Shown here: piece after piece, positions 47,208 through 59,040 of the stretch
Layout: the number at the start of each line of letters is the position of its first letter
Numbering within the stretch: position 1 is the first letter of the stretch
DNA from: Planctomycetota bacterium
GTDB lineage: Bacteria; Planctomycetota; Phycisphaerae; UBA1845; Fen-1342
DNA: 63,133 nt
Assembly: GCA_036729165.1 (NCBI GenBank)
Contig: DAIMSQ010000004.1
Coordinates: forward strand, 8,125-71,257
Direction: 5' to 3'
Program-made: the position numbers and the translations under genes
The notes under the pieces: generated by a model
Told to the model about the DNA's origin: nothing
The model's database searches: none
Seen by the model: the letters and a program-made list of their open reading frames with translations, nothing else

Positions 47208-48308
47208 CTACCTACGCGTCGGCAGAGCCTCAGCCTCCCCCTCCCGGCCGGCATCGTGAGGCACGGCCGGGCCACGGGGGGCGGCGGGGTCGCCGATGAC
47301 CACGTTCTGCGGCGCGCCGCGCGCGAAGGCCTCGATGTTTTCGCGCGTCACCTCGAGAATTTGCTGCACAGCCTCCTCCGTGCAAAACGCGCTGTGGGGC
47401 GTGACGAACACGTTTCGCTGCCGCAGCAGGATGTGGTCGGCCAGCAGCGTCTCCAGATCGTGCTCGGTACGTATCGCACGGTGCAACAGCTCCGCTTCTT
47501 CGCGCATCATGGGCTCTTCCGGCAACACGTCCAAGCCGGCTGCCCGGACCTTGCCCGCCGCCAACGCTTCCATGAGCGCCTGCACGTTCACAATGCTGCC
47601 GCGGGCCGTGTTGATCAGCACCACTCCTTGTTTCATCCGCGCGAACTGCTCGTGGCCGATCATGTCCCGGGTCTCAGGCGTGTCCGGAACGTGCAGGGTC
47701 AGCACGTCGGCCGCTGCGAGCACGTCCTCGAACGGGCGGTATTCAAAACCTATGTGCACGGCCAAATCCGGTCGCGGCCGCACGTCATAGGCGAGCACCC
47801 GCATGCCGAAGCCGCGGGCGATACGTATCACGTGCAGTCCGATGTTGCCGGCGCCGATCACGCCCAGCGTGCGGCCGTAGAGCTGGAACCCGCGTAGCCC
47901 GACCAACGAGAAGTCGCCCTTGCGCGTGCGGTCGATGGCGTCATAGAGCTGGTGACTAATCGTCAGCAACAGGCCGAAAACGTGCTCGGCGACAGTCCGG
48001 TCACCGTAGCTGGGCACGTTGCTGACCAGAATATTGTGTGCCTGGCAGAAGGCCGCATCGACGTGATCGAAACCGGTGGAACGGGTGCAAATGAATCGCA
48101 AGTTCTTGAACCGGCTGAGGACTTTCTTGTCCAGCTTAGAGTAGATGAAGGTGCAGATGACCTCGGCGTCGGCGTAATCGGCGGCATTGGTTAGATCGAG
48201 GCGGCGGTCCGTATAGCGCACGTCGAAATCCAGCGCCAGTTGCTCGAAAGCGACGCGTTCCCACGACTCCACTTCGAATGCGGCGATTTTCACGCGCGTC
48301 CCCGACAA
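47208..48308 (-). CDS. D-isomer-specific 2-hydroxyacid dehydrogenase
   Basis: 366-aa ORF with NAD site GVIGAGNIGLHV and catalytic R/E/H pattern (NTARG...TPHSAF). C-terminal Pro/Ala/Arg-rich extension. Confidence 0.8.
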   Translation of the reverse strand: MSGTRVKIAAFEVESWERVAFEQLALDFDVRYTDRRLDLTNAADYADAEVICTFIYSKLDKKVLSRFKNLRFICTRSTGFDHVDAAFCQAHNILVSNVPSYGDRTVAEHVFGLLLTISHQLYDAIDRTRKGDFSLVGLRGFQLYGRTLGVIGAGNIGLHVIRIARGFGMRVLAYDVRPRPDLAVHIGFEYRPFEDVLAAADVLTLHVPDTPETRDMIGHEQFARMKQGVVLINTARGSIVNVQALMEALAAGKVRAAGLDVLPEEPMMREEAELLHRAIRTEHDLETLLADHILLRQRNVFVTPHSAFCTEEAVQQILEVTRENIEAFARGAPQNVVIGDPAAPRGPAVPHDAGREGEAEALPTRR

Positions 48309-48397
48309 TGATTTTCACGGCAAATTTGGAGCTTAGGCGCCGGCGTTTACGACGAAGTAACGCCGGGATGAAATGTCCGTAAATCGAACGCCCGCCG

Positions 48398-49306
48398 CTA
48401 GCGTAGCAGCCCGCGTTGCCGCAAGTACGACATCACCAGCACGTCAAACGGCACGCGTGTACTGGTAAAGAGGTAAGTAATGCCCCGCCGCGTGCAGTGC
48501 TCTTTCAGCTCACTGCAGTAAGCCTGGAGATTGGCTTTGTACTTGTCGAGCAGCGGCTTGCTGATAGTGACCTCGGCCGTGTCGTCGTCCTCCACGTCGC
48601 GCAGGCGCAAGTCGCCCACCAACGTCGGGTCGATTTCGTCGGGCGCCAAAGTTTGGACGACGTAGATATCCAGGTCGCGTGAGAGCAGGTAGCGCAAGCC
48701 GCCCGCGTACCCGCCTTTGTCGAGAAAATCGCTCAACACGATGACCACGCCCTTGCCCTTGTGGCGCAGGGCGAAATGCCGGCCGACCGCCGTAAAGTCC
48801 GACGTACCCTCGAACGGCAGATCGCGCAGGAACGGAATGACCTGGCCGATCAGGCGCCGCCCGCGGATGCCGCGCATTTCGTGTACCAGCTTGCTGGAGT
48901 AGCCGTACAGGCTGAGCCGGTCGTAGTTGATCAGCCCGATGTAGGCCAGGGCGGCCGCGACCCGCTTGACGTACAGCCCCTTGTGCGGGTCGCCCCAGTC
49001 CATGCTTTTGGAAACGTCGAACAGGATGCTGACGTTAAGGTCCTCCTCCTCCATGAACAGCTTCAGCAGCAGGCGCTCCAGACGGGCATAGATATTCCAA
49101 TCCAGGAAACGGAGGTCGTCCCCGATCACGTAGTTGCGGTAATCGGCGAATTCGACCGACTCCCCCTTCCGCTTGCTGCGGCGTTCGCCCTTCATGCGCC
49201 CGATGAAGATCTTGCGCGAGAGAATTTCGAGGCGCTCCAGGCGCGTCATGAAGTCAGGCGAGAGCAATTCCTCGTCGCGCGGTTGTCGGGCGGGCAGTGC
49301 GGCCAA
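48398..49306 (-). CDS. DUF58 (vWA-like, MoxR-associated type) protein
   Basis: 302-aa ORF. Signature FADYRNYVIGDDLRFLDWNIYARLERLLLKLFMEEEDL. Confidence 0.75.
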   Translation of the reverse strand: MAALPARQPRDEELLSPDFMTRLERLEILSRKIFIGRMKGERRSKRKGESVEFADYRNYVIGDDLRFLDWNIYARLERLLLKLFMEEEDLNVSILFDVSKSMDWGDPHKGLYVKRVAAALAYIGLINYDRLSLYGYSSKLVHEMRGIRGRRLIGQVIPFLRDLPFEGTSDFTAVGRHFALRHKGKGVVIVLSDFLDKGGYAGGLRYLLSRDLDIYVVQTLAPDEIDPTLVGDLRLRDVEDDDTAEVTISKPLLDKYKANLQAYCSELKEHCTRRGITYLFTSTRVPFDVLVMSYLRQRGLLR

Positions 49307-49403
49307 AGCGGTCCTCGATTACTGAACCGCCCGTCATTGTAACGGTTGTGCGCAGGCCGGGGAGTAGCGCGTCAACCGAACCTAAATCGCGCGGCGCGCC
49401 ACC

Positions 49404-50117
49404 TTATTTCGCCAGGTGCAGAACCTGCCGCGGCCGGGAGCAGTAATACACGCCGCCGGGCGGGACATTCCGCCAGACCATGCGATACTCGACGTGTTCG
49501 AACAGGCGGTCGTAAAACGGCTTGAAAAAGAGCGGCGCGACAGTGATCTGGATGAACAGGCCGTTCGGTCCCAGCGCACTGCGCAGCCAGCGCCACAGGT
49601 TGATCTGGGAGCGCCTCGGCAGCGACGGCGTGGGCAGCCCGCTCAGGACGTAATCTACTTTGTGAATTCCCATCCGGGCCAGCGGCTCCGCCACGAGCGT
49701 CGCGTCCATCTCCAGCAGCGCGGTTTCAGGAAAGCGGCGGCGAAGGATCGCGCAAAAGTCTGCATCGTTCTCGACCGCAACGAACCGGTGCTGCGGCCCC
49801 AGACGTTCAACTATCTGCTCCGTCACAGGACCGGTACCGGCCCCCAGCTCCACGATCGTGCTCGGCCGCTCGAAGTCAACCAGCTTCAGAACGCCCTCCA
49901 CCAGCGAGCGGCTTGACGGAACCGCAGACGAAATGGTCCGCCCTTTGGCCAAGAACTTCAGCAGGAACAGCCCAAAATCCGCCGGCCGGGCCTTACGCTG
50001 CCGAAGTAGCGACTCGCCCAACGCCGCTTCGGCTACATGCGCCTGCGACTGATGTCTACTCACGTGTTCTCCACTCGCTCGAATGGCTGTCCGGCAGACT
50101 CGCGCCTGAGCCGCCAT
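49404..50117 (-). CDS. class I SAM-dependent methyltransferase (phospholipid N-methyltransferase/rRNA adenine MTase-like)
   Basis: 237-aa ORF with motif I VELGAGTGPVT. The start is uncertain. Confidence 0.65.
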   Translation of the reverse strand: MAAQARVCRTAIRASGEHVSRHQSQAHVAEAALGESLLRQRKARPADFGLFLLKFLAKGRTISSAVPSSRSLVEGVLKLVDFERPSTIVELGAGTGPVTEQIVERLGPQHRFVAVENDADFCAILRRRFPETALLEMDATLVAEPLARMGIHKVDYVLSGLPTPSLPRRSQINLWRWLRSALGPNGLFIQITVAPLFFKPFYDRLFEHVEYRMVWRNVPPGGVYYCSRPRQVLHLAK

Positions 50118-50264
50118 TGGCCCCGCTCGGCTACCGACCGGGAGCCACGCCGCAGGCCCGGCGACCGCCGTCGGCTCCCACGGTGATGGGCGTACATCAT
50201 AGCGTCTCGCTGGAGTCTATGGTAGTACGGTTAAACCGAATTCGGGGGATGGTCGTCCCGGTCC

Positions 50265-52268
50265 TCAGTGCGAGGCGGGGGATCGGTACAAAGCCTGATA
50301 CAGGGGGCAGCGCCCGATCAGCTCGGAATGCGTCCCGACGTCAACAATGCGGCCGTAATTCATCACAACCAGCCGGTCGGCCATTTCCATTACCGTGTGG
50401 CGATGAGCGATCAAAAAAGTCGTCTTACCTTCGCGCAATTTGCTTAATGCGGCATGTATTTTGTGTTCGCTATCGGCGTCGACCTCGCTGGTGGCTTCGT
50501 CAAAGATGAGGATTGAAGCGGGCTTAAGAAAGGCCCGCGCAATGGCGATCCGCTGCCGCTGTCCGCCGGAAAGCGCGCTGCCAAACTCCCCCAGCGGTGT
50601 TTCGTAACCGTCAGGCCACTGCTCGATGAACTCGGCGGCGTAGGCCTGACGGGCGGCGGCCCGAATCTCGTCCAGGCTGGCCCGCTCGTTGCCGTACGCA
50701 ATGTTCTCGCGGACCGAGCGGGCGAAGATGACCGGGCGTTGAGTTACCACGGCGATCTGTTCGCGCAGGTTCTTCAAACTCAGTTCCCGCACGTCGATCC
50801 CATCGATGGTGGTGCGACCCTCCTGCGGTTCGAGCAAGCGCGGCAGCACCTTCAAAAGCGTGGATTTCCCACTGCCGTTCGGGCCGACGATGGCCAGGCA
50901 TTCACCCGGGCGGACGTCGAGCGTGACACCGTCCAGGGCCGGCGGTTCCTGCCGCGGCGTGTAACGGAAGCGCAGGTTTTCAAAACGCACGGCACGCGCC
51001 CCGTTACGCGGCAAAATTTTCGCCTGCGGCGGTGAACTCTCTTCGGGCTGGTCCAGAAACTCGAAAATCCGCGAAGATGCGGCGCCGGCACGCTGCACCA
51101 CGTTGTACACGTTGGCCACCTTGCGCACCGGGTCCAGCATGGCCGCCAGAAGCGCTACCATCGTGATGAAGTGATCAGCTTCTATGTCGCCATGGAACTG
51201 GCGCCAGGCCAACCAGACCACGCCCCCCGCCGTACATATCACCCCAACTGCTTCGATCGCCGGCGAGCTGATCGCCTCAATCCAGGCCAGGCGGAGGTTC
51301 TGTTTCAGCATTTGCCGTTCGAGCCGCCACATCCGCTTGCGCTCGTGGTTCTCACGCGCGTAGCCTTTGACTACGTCGATCCCCTGCAGCGATTCCTCAA
51401 GCGAACTTAGCATTGCACCGTAGCCCTGGAGAAGCCGCACCACAGCGTTGCGAATCTTGCGACCGTAATACCACAGGATGAGCACGGCCGGAGGAGCTAC
51501 GGCCAATACGAGCAGCGTTAGCCGCAGGTCTATGTACAGTGCGACGGCCAGCACGCAAATGGCCTTGAGCGGCTCGCGCGCCACCTTGCCGAAAAGCGTG
51601 GTCACACCGGCAAACATCTCGCGCGCGTCGGACATGAACTGGCTGACGCGGTTGGAAACATCCCCTGAGAGCTGGCTTACCGGCACGCGCAGGGCCTTGC
51701 GGTACATGAGACGGCGCAGGTCCATCATCATGCGATTGGAAGCATCCAGAACGAAGTACGTCGATGCGCAGCGAAGGACATTCCCGACCAAATTTACCAG
51801 CACGAGAATTGAGATCAGGATCAGGAGCGTCGTTATTTGTGCTTTAGGAGTCAGCGAGTCGGGGAAAAACTGGGCCGCCCACGTGAGGACCGGTGCATAC
51901 CAGTGTAGTCCCTTGGTCCCATCGGCCAACACGACCTCTTGGCCGGCTGCCTTGAGCAAGGTCTGATGGAAGGTCGTCTGGTCGTTGATGATAACTCTGA
52001 GGACCGGCAGGAGCCCGCCGAGGCTGGCCGCGTATGTCAACGCGACGCCCAGCCCGAGAACGATCCCCAACGTCATCCGCCGCCGGTGTGGCCGCACGAG
52101 GGCCAGCATGCGCCAGAAAGCCTTGCGCGACCGGGCCTTAGGAACCGCTGGCTGGCGCTGGGCCAGTACGCTGGGGACCGGCGCGGCTGGGGTTAGGACC
52201 GTGTCGCTCACTCCGTGAACCTCGTCTGGGTCAAGGTTGAAGGCTCTCCGTCCCCGATCGCATGGCAA
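50265..52268 (-). CDS. ABC exporter, fused permease/ATPase (MsbA-like)
   Basis: 667-aa ORF with six-TM exporter domain. Walker A GPNGSGKST, signature LSGGQRQR, Walker B ILIFDEATS. Confidence 0.85.
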   Translation of the reverse strand: MPCDRGRRAFNLDPDEVHGVSDTVLTPAAPVPSVLAQRQPAVPKARSRKAFWRMLALVRPHRRRMTLGIVLGLGVALTYAASLGGLLPVLRVIINDQTTFHQTLLKAAGQEVVLADGTKGLHWYAPVLTWAAQFFPDSLTPKAQITTLLILISILVLVNLVGNVLRCASTYFVLDASNRMMMDLRRLMYRKALRVPVSQLSGDVSNRVSQFMSDAREMFAGVTTLFGKVAREPLKAICVLAVALYIDLRLTLLVLAVAPPAVLILWYYGRKIRNAVVRLLQGYGAMLSSLEESLQGIDVVKGYARENHERKRMWRLERQMLKQNLRLAWIEAISSPAIEAVGVICTAGGVVWLAWRQFHGDIEADHFITMVALLAAMLDPVRKVANVYNVVQRAGAASSRIFEFLDQPEESSPPQAKILPRNGARAVRFENLRFRYTPRQEPPALDGVTLDVRPGECLAIVGPNGSGKSTLLKVLPRLLEPQEGRTTIDGIDVRELSLKNLREQIAVVTQRPVIFARSVRENIAYGNERASLDEIRAAARQAYAAEFIEQWPDGYETPLGEFGSALSGGQRQRIAIARAFLKPASILIFDEATSEVDADSEHKIHAALSKLREGKTTFLIAHRHTVMEMADRLVVMNYGRIVDVGTHSELIGRCPLYQALYRSPASH

Positions 52269-52502
52269 GGAGCGTAAAGGGACGCTTCTCTTTTTGGATC
52301 GCCAGCCACGATAGCCGGTCGGTCACGACGAGGCAACCGGCGCGGCCCCTACCAATCTGCTGGCGCGCCTGTCAGAATGGCAGTTTCCGCCGCCATCCGG
52401 CGAAACGGCGGGCCGCCCGGCGCGGGCCGCGACTCCTGGCGGCGTGACGCTAAGCTCTGGGTTTCACAAGTGTTAGGCGCAGTCCCGCGCTGCGCAGCAG
52501 GC

Positions 52503-52518
52503 TGGCATTGTGTTTGCA
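52503..52518 (+). promoter_or_regulatory. sigma-54-type -24/-12 element TGGCAT-N6-TTGCA
   Basis: TGGCATTGTGTTTGCA has GG and GC at exactly the consensus spacing (TGGCACG-N4-TTGCW). It lies about 150 nt upstream of groEL1 ATG. Confidence 0.4.
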
Positions 52519-52670
52519 TCAAGGCAGTAGTCGCTCGGCGCGGCGGACGGCCTATTTGTAGCCTGGCCTGACCTGCCCTCAGGCCGGCGACGGACTTCCG
52601 GCTCAACACGTGCCGGCTCTGCAAAATACCCGCGGCTCGTACGAGCCGCCTCTGCAAAGGAGACGTCTGA

Positions 52671-54341
<1,671 letters not shown>

Positions 54342-54480
54342 TGACAACGGCGACACGCACCGGCTGCGCGCCGTGTCGCGTGGAGCAGACGAAGCCATAG
54401 TCCCAGAAAGGGAATCGGATAAACGGTAGACAAGCGGGCTCACCGGCGTGCCGCAGAGCCCCAGTTCAAGGAGATTGAAA

Positions 54481-54795
54481 GTGCCAACCGCAACTGCGAA
54501 GAAACTGAAAATTCGTCCGCTGGATGACCGAGTAGTCGTCGAACCTTCCGAGCCCGAAGAGAAAACCGCCGGCGGGATCGTGCTGCCGGACACGGCCCGC
54601 GAAAAGCCGCTGCACGGCAAGGTCATCGCCGCCGGCCCCGGTAAGTTGCTCGAGAAGAGCGGCGAGCGCGGCAAGATGTCGGTAAAGGTCGGCGACACCG
54701 TGATCTACGGCAAGTACTCCGGGACCGAGGTCGAGCTCGAGGGCGAGAAGTACGTGATCCTGCGGGAAAGCGACATTCTGGCGATTCAAGAGTAA
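54481..54795 (+). CDS. groES: co-chaperonin GroES
   Basis: GTG 54481 lies 7 nt after [34 protein letters not shown] is the Cpn10 signature. Confidence 0.9.
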   Translation: MPTATAKKLKIRPLDDRVVVEPSEPEEKTAGGIVLPDTAREKPLHGKVIAAGPGKLLEKSGERGKMSVKVGDTVIYGKYSGTEVELEGEKYVILRESDILAIQE

Positions 54796-54811
54796 TTCAC
54801 AACACCAATGG

Positions 54812-54891
54812 CAAATGACAAATTCTGCGAGCACGCCCGATGCTTACCTCCGGGCCGCTCATTTGAAATTTGAAATTTGTCATTTGAAATT
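54812..54891 (+). promoter_or_regulatory. AT-rich inverted and direct repeat block in the groES-groEL2 spacer
   Basis: 13-nt inverted repeat CAAATGACAAATT (54812-54824) / AATTTGTCATTTG (54874-54886). TCATTTGAAATT occurs at 54859-54870 and 54880-54891, and the last copy abuts the GAGGA SD. Confidence 0.5.
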
Positions 54892-54902
54892 GAGGAACGC
54901 AC

Positions 54903-56519
54903 ATGCCTGCAAAGCAATTGATGTACTCCGAGCACGCCCGGCGGCAGATGCTCAACGGCCTGCGCAAGCTTTCTCGCGCGGTCGCCTCCACGCTCGGCCC
55001 GGTCGGCCGTAACGTGCTACTCCAGAAATCCTGGGGCTCGCCGCGCATCACCAAGGACGGCGTCACCGTCAGCAAGGAAATCGAGCTGCCCGACCCGTTC
55101 GAAAACATGGGCGCCAAGCTGGTTAATGAAGTGGCCAGCAAGACCTCCGACGTGGCCGGCGACGGCACGACCACGGCCACCGTCCTGGCCGAAGCCATCT
55201 TCAGCGCCGGGCTGAAGAACATCACCGCCGGCGCCAACCCGACGGCGGTAAAGCGCGGCATCGACGCCGCCGTTGAAATCGCGGTCAAGAGCATCAAGGA
55301 CCAGTCCGTCAAAGTTCGCGGCAAGGACGACATCGCCAAGGTGGCCACCATCAGCGCCAACGGCGACCAAGACGTCGGCAAGATGTTGTCCGAGGCCTTC
55401 GAAAAGGTCGGCAAGGACGGCGTAATCGAGATCGAGGAAGGCAAGAGCCTCGAGACCACCTGGGAGCACGTCGAAGGCATGCAGTTCGACAAGGGCTACG
55501 TTTCGCCCTACTTCATCACGAACCCGACGACTCTCGAGACGGTGCTCGAAGACCCGTACATTCTCATTTATGAGAAGAAAATTTCCTCGCTGCGCGACCT
55601 GATCCCGGTGCTGGAGAAGATCGCGAATGTCGGCAAGCCGCTGCTCATCATCGCCGAGGACGTCGAGGGCGAGGCCCTGGCAGCTTTGGTCGTCAACAAG
55701 CTCCGCGGCGTGCTGCACACCTGCGCGGTCAAGGCCCCCGGCTTCGGCGATCGCCGCAAAGCCATGCTGGGCGACATCGCCGTCCTGACCGGCGGGATCT
55801 TCATCAGCGAAGACCAGGGCATCAAGCTCGAGAACGTCGACCTGAACATGATGGGCCGGGCCAAGAAGGTCGTGGTCACCAAGGACGAGACGACGATTAT
55901 CGAAGGCGCCGGCAAGAAGAAGGACATCGAGGCGCGCATCGGCCAGATCCGCTCGCAAATCGAGAAGACCACTAGCGACTATGACCGCGAGAAGCTCCAG
56001 GAGCGGCTGGCCAAGATGACCGGCGGCGTGGCGGTCGTAAAAGTCGGCGGCGCCACCGAGGTCAACGTCAAAGAACGCAAGGACCTGGTCGACGACGCTT
56101 TCCACGCCACCAAGGCGGCGGCCGAGGAAGGCATCGTGCCCGGCGGCGGCGTGGCCCTGTTGCGCGCCACCAAGCCGGTACAGGCCGCGGCCAAGAAGGT
56201 CGAAGGCGATGAGGCCATCGGCTACCGCATCATCGCGCGGGCCCTGGAAGAACCGGCCCGGCAGATCGCTGAGAACGCCGGCGTAGACGGCGGCGTGGTA
56301 GTGGACGAAATCCTGTCGCGCGGCAACAACATCGGTTACGATGCGGCCCGCGGCGAATACGTCGACATGTTCGAGGCCGGCATCATCGATCCCGCGAAGG
56401 TGGCCCGCGTCGCTCTACAGAACGCGGCCAGCGTCGCCGGCCTGATGCTGACCACCGACGTGTTGTGCACCGAATACAAGGAAGAGAAGCACGAACACAT
56501 TGAGGGCGCGATGCGCTAG
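54903..56519 (+). CDS. groEL: chaperonin GroEL, copy 2 (no GGM tail)
   Basis: 538-aa ORF with full-length Cpn60. The C-terminus is [15 protein letters not shown]. Confidence 0.95.
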   Translation: MPAKQLMYSEHARRQMLNGLRKLSRAVASTLGPVGRNVLLQKSWGSPRITKDGVTVSKEIELPDPFENMGAKLVNEVASKTSDVAGDGTTTATVLAEAIFSAGLKNITAGANPTAVKRGIDAAVEIAVKSIKDQSVKVRGKDDIAKVATISANGDQDVGKMLSEAFEKVGKDGVIEIEEGKSLETTWEHVEGMQFDKGYVSPYFITNPTTLETVLEDPYILIYEKKISSLRDLIPVLEKIANVGKPLLIIAEDVEGEALAALVVNKLRGVLHTCAVKAPGFGDRRKAMLGDIAVLTGGIFISEDQGIKLENVDLNMMGRAKKVVVTKDETTIIEGAGKKKDIEARIGQIRSQIEKTTSDYDREKLQERLAKMTGGVAVVKVGGATEVNVKERKDLVDDAFHATKAAAEEGIVPGGGVALLRATKPVQAAAKKVEGDEAIGYRIIARALEEPARQIAENAGVDGGVVVDEILSRGNNIGYDAARGEYVDMFEAGIIDPAKVARVALQNAASVAGLMLTTDVLCTEYKEEKHEHIEGAMR

Positions 56520-56739
56520 TCCGCCTTCGTCGAGATAGAGCAAAGCTCCGGCTTTGCCGCCCGAAGTCCCGTTATAAGGACAGGGACGGTCGCTCCGCGC
56601 GAGCCGCCCCTGTCTTGCTTCGGGGACCGGCTCTCGGCCGCCTAGTGGGACCGGTATCTAACCGGTCAGTCCCACCAGGCGACCCCGCCGATCCAAAAAA
56701 AGAGCGGCACGGGATTTGCTCGAAAAGCGCGGGGCGACT

Positions 56740-57921
56740 ATGAACGGATCCGTGGCTAACAAACGTGACTACTACGAGGTGCTGGGGGTGGCGCGGACCG
56801 CCGCGCCCGAGGAAATCAAGCGCGCGTACCGCCAAGCGGCCTTGAAGTACCACCCCGACCGCAACAAGTCGCCCGACGCCGAGGGGCTTTTCAAAGAAGC
56901 CGCTGAAGCCTATGAGGTCCTGTCCGATCCGGAGAAGCGGGCCCGCTACGATCGCTATGGTCATGCCGGCCTGCAGGGCGCCAGCATGCATGACTTCTCC
57001 GGCATGGGCATCGACGACATCTTCAGCGTCTTCAGCGATCTTTTCGGCGAGGCTTTCGGCGGCGGGCGTGTGCGAACGCGCGGGGGGCGCGGAGTGGACA
57101 TCCAGGCCCTGGTCGAGATCGACCTGCGCGACGTCGCCACCGGCGTGGAGAAAACGCTGCGCTTCGAGCGCGCCGACTACTGCGACCGCTGCGGCGGCAA
57201 CGGCGCCGAGCCCGGTTCCAAGCGCCGCACCTGCCGCACCTGCGGCGGCTACGGCCAGGTCGAGCGCCAGACTTCCATGGGGTTCTTCGTGACGCGCACC
57301 GTGACCGAGTGCCCCACGTGCCAGGGCCGTGGAGACACAATCGAAAAGCCCTGCCGCGATTGCGAAGGCACCGGCCGCGTGATGAAAGAGCGCGTGCTGA
57401 ACGTGAAGATCCCGCCGGGCATTCACGACGGCCAGACCATCCGCATCCGCGGCGAGGGCGAGCCTGGCCCCAGCGGCGGCTCGCGCGGCGACTTGCGCTG
57501 CGTTGTCCAGATCCGCCGTTCGCAGTTCTTCCAGCGCGACGGCGACCACTTGGTGTGTGTGCTGCCGATCAGCTTCACGCAGGCCGCTTTGGGCGGTCAG
57601 GTGGACGTTCCGACGTTAACCGGCACCGCCCCGATCCGCGTGCCGCCCGGCACTCAGCACGGGACGGTCTTCCGGCTGCCGGGCAAGGGACTGCCGAACC
57701 TGCAAACCGGGCGCGTGGGCGATGAAATGGTCCAGGTTGTGATCGAAATCCCGCGTAAGCTTAACCGCGAGCAGGAAGAACTGCTGCGGAAGTTCGCGGC
57801 CACCGAGGACAAGCAGGTCCTGCCCGAATCCAAAGGCTTTTTCGATCGCGTAAAGGAGTATTTCACCGGCGAGGGCGCGTCCGACCAGGAAGAGCGCTCC
57901 TCAGGAAGCGGCGCCGCCTAG
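56740..57921 (+). CDS. dnaJ: molecular chaperone DnaJ
   Basis: ATG 56740 within ORF 56716-57921. J domain ([10 protein letters not shown]...HPD). G/F region. Four CxxCxGxG zinc motifs. Confidence 0.9.
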   Translation: MNGSVANKRDYYEVLGVARTAAPEEIKRAYRQAALKYHPDRNKSPDAEGLFKEAAEAYEVLSDPEKRARYDRYGHAGLQGASMHDFSGMGIDDIFSVFSDLFGEAFGGGRVRTRGGRGVDIQALVEIDLRDVATGVEKTLRFERADYCDRCGGNGAEPGSKRRTCRTCGGYGQVERQTSMGFFVTRTVTECPTCQGRGDTIEKPCRDCEGTGRVMKERVLNVKIPPGIHDGQTIRIRGEGEPGPSGGSRGDLRCVVQIRRSQFFQRDGDHLVCVLPISFTQAALGGQVDVPTLTGTAPIRVPPGTQHGTVFRLPGKGLPNLQTGRVGDEMVQVVIEIPRKLNREQEELLRKFAATEDKQVLPESKGFFDRVKEYFTGEGASDQEERSSGSGAA

Positions 57922-57991
57922 AATCGCAGACAGGCGGCGCGGGGCGTCTGACCTTAGAAAGGCGCCTGAGCAACAGAACAGGTATCAGGCA

Positions 57992-58600
57992 ATGGCTGAC
58001 ATGGATTCCAAGAAAACAAACGCTGGAGGGGCAGCCGACAGCCGGGCGGTCGGCGAAGCCGCTGCCCCCGCGGCCGGCCAGGCGGCCGCTTGCGATCCCG
58101 AACGCCTGCGGGCGCTCGAAGAGGAAATCGCTAGCCTCAAGGACCAGAACCTGCGGCTCGTTGCCGAAACGCGCAACATCCAGCACCGGGCGCAACGCGA
58201 CATAGCCGAAGCCCTTAAGTACGCTGAGGCCGATTTCGCACGCGAGTTGCTGCTCGTGGTCGACGACCTGGTCCGTACGCGCGACGCGGCTCAAAAGCGT
58301 GAGGACGTCGGTGTTATCGGCGAAGGCATCCGCCTCGTGCTGGAGCACTTCCTCAAGCTACTCCGTTCCCGCGGCATCACTCCCATCGAGGCGCTTGGCC
58401 AGCCATTCGATCCGCATTTGCACGAGGCCATGCTGCAACAGCCGAGTGGGGAGTATCCGGCCGGCATCGTGATGCAGGAAATAGCCACCGGATACAAAAT
58501 GCACGACCGCGTGCTGCGGTCGTCGCGCGTCGTCGTCTCGGCCGGTCCCGGCCCGGCCGCGGCAGAGTCTGAGGAGCCGGAGGCCAAGAGCGGCGAATAG
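57992..58600 (+). CDS. grpE: nucleotide exchange factor GrpE
   Basis: 202-aa ORF. Coiled-coil N-terminus, then GrpE core (FDPHLHEAMLQQP, GYKMHDRVLRSSRVVV). Confidence 0.9.
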   Translation: MADMDSKKTNAGGAADSRAVGEAAAPAAGQAAACDPERLRALEEEIASLKDQNLRLVAETRNIQHRAQRDIAEALKYAEADFARELLLVVDDLVRTRDAAQKREDVGVIGEGIRLVLEHFLKLLRSRGITPIEALGQPFDPHLHEAMLQQPSGEYPAGIVMQEIATGYKMHDRVLRSSRVVVSAGPGPAAAESEEPEAKSGE

Positions 58601-58695
58601 AGGCGGAAATTCGAGCAAGGCGCTTTTGTATTTGACGTGACGCTGCTCGTAAATTCCCAGCGGCGATCCAGAACTGAGGTCGCGACGAGGAGTAT

Positions 58696-59016
58696 ATGCC
58701 TACATATGAGTATCGTTGTGAAGCTTGTAGTCACGAGTTTGAGCACTTCCAATCCATTAAGTCACCGTGCTTGGAAGTTTGCCCGGCGTGCGGCAAGAAA
58801 AAGTTGAAGCGTCTGATCGGCACCGGCGGCGGCATAATATTCAAAGGCTCAGGCTTCTACGAGACCGACTATCGCAGCGACTCGTACAAAAGGGCCGCCG
58901 CGGCCGAGAAGAGCGGTTCCACCAGCGGTTCGACCAGTAAATCCACCAGCGAGAAGAGCGGCAGCAGCGAAAAGGCCAAATCCGAATCCGGCACTAAGAA
59001 AACAACTGCAGCATAG
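58696..59016 (+). CDS. FmdB-family zinc-ribbon protein
   Basis: MPTYEYRCEACSHEFE...CPACG, with a Ser/Lys-rich tail. Confidence 0.8.
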   Translation: MPTYEYRCEACSHEFEHFQSIKSPCLEVCPACGKKKLKRLIGTGGGIIFKGSGFYETDYRSDSYKRAAAAEKSGSTSGSTSKSTSEKSGSSEKAKSESGTKKTTAA

Positions 59017-59040
59017 ACCATTCGTTCAAACTGGCCAGTA

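Noticed and set aside
52269-52670. A CIRCE/HrcA operator was expected upstream of the groE genes. 54342-54480 and 56520-56739 were also checked.
   Set aside because: No TTAGCACTC-N9-GAGTGCTAA-like inverted repeat was seen by eye in any of the three upstream regions.
55017-56105. 362-aa minus-strand ORF inside groEL2. Similar cases are 52473-53291 and 53880-54698 in groEL1, 23267-24394 over fabD, 22654-23526 over fabH, 45188-46177 and 45693-46583 over fabF, and 2890-3798 and 3684-4532 over the sigma/kinase genes.
   Set aside because: All are antisense or out-of-frame to genes with unambiguous family signatures, and they have low-complexity, wrong-frame-like composition.
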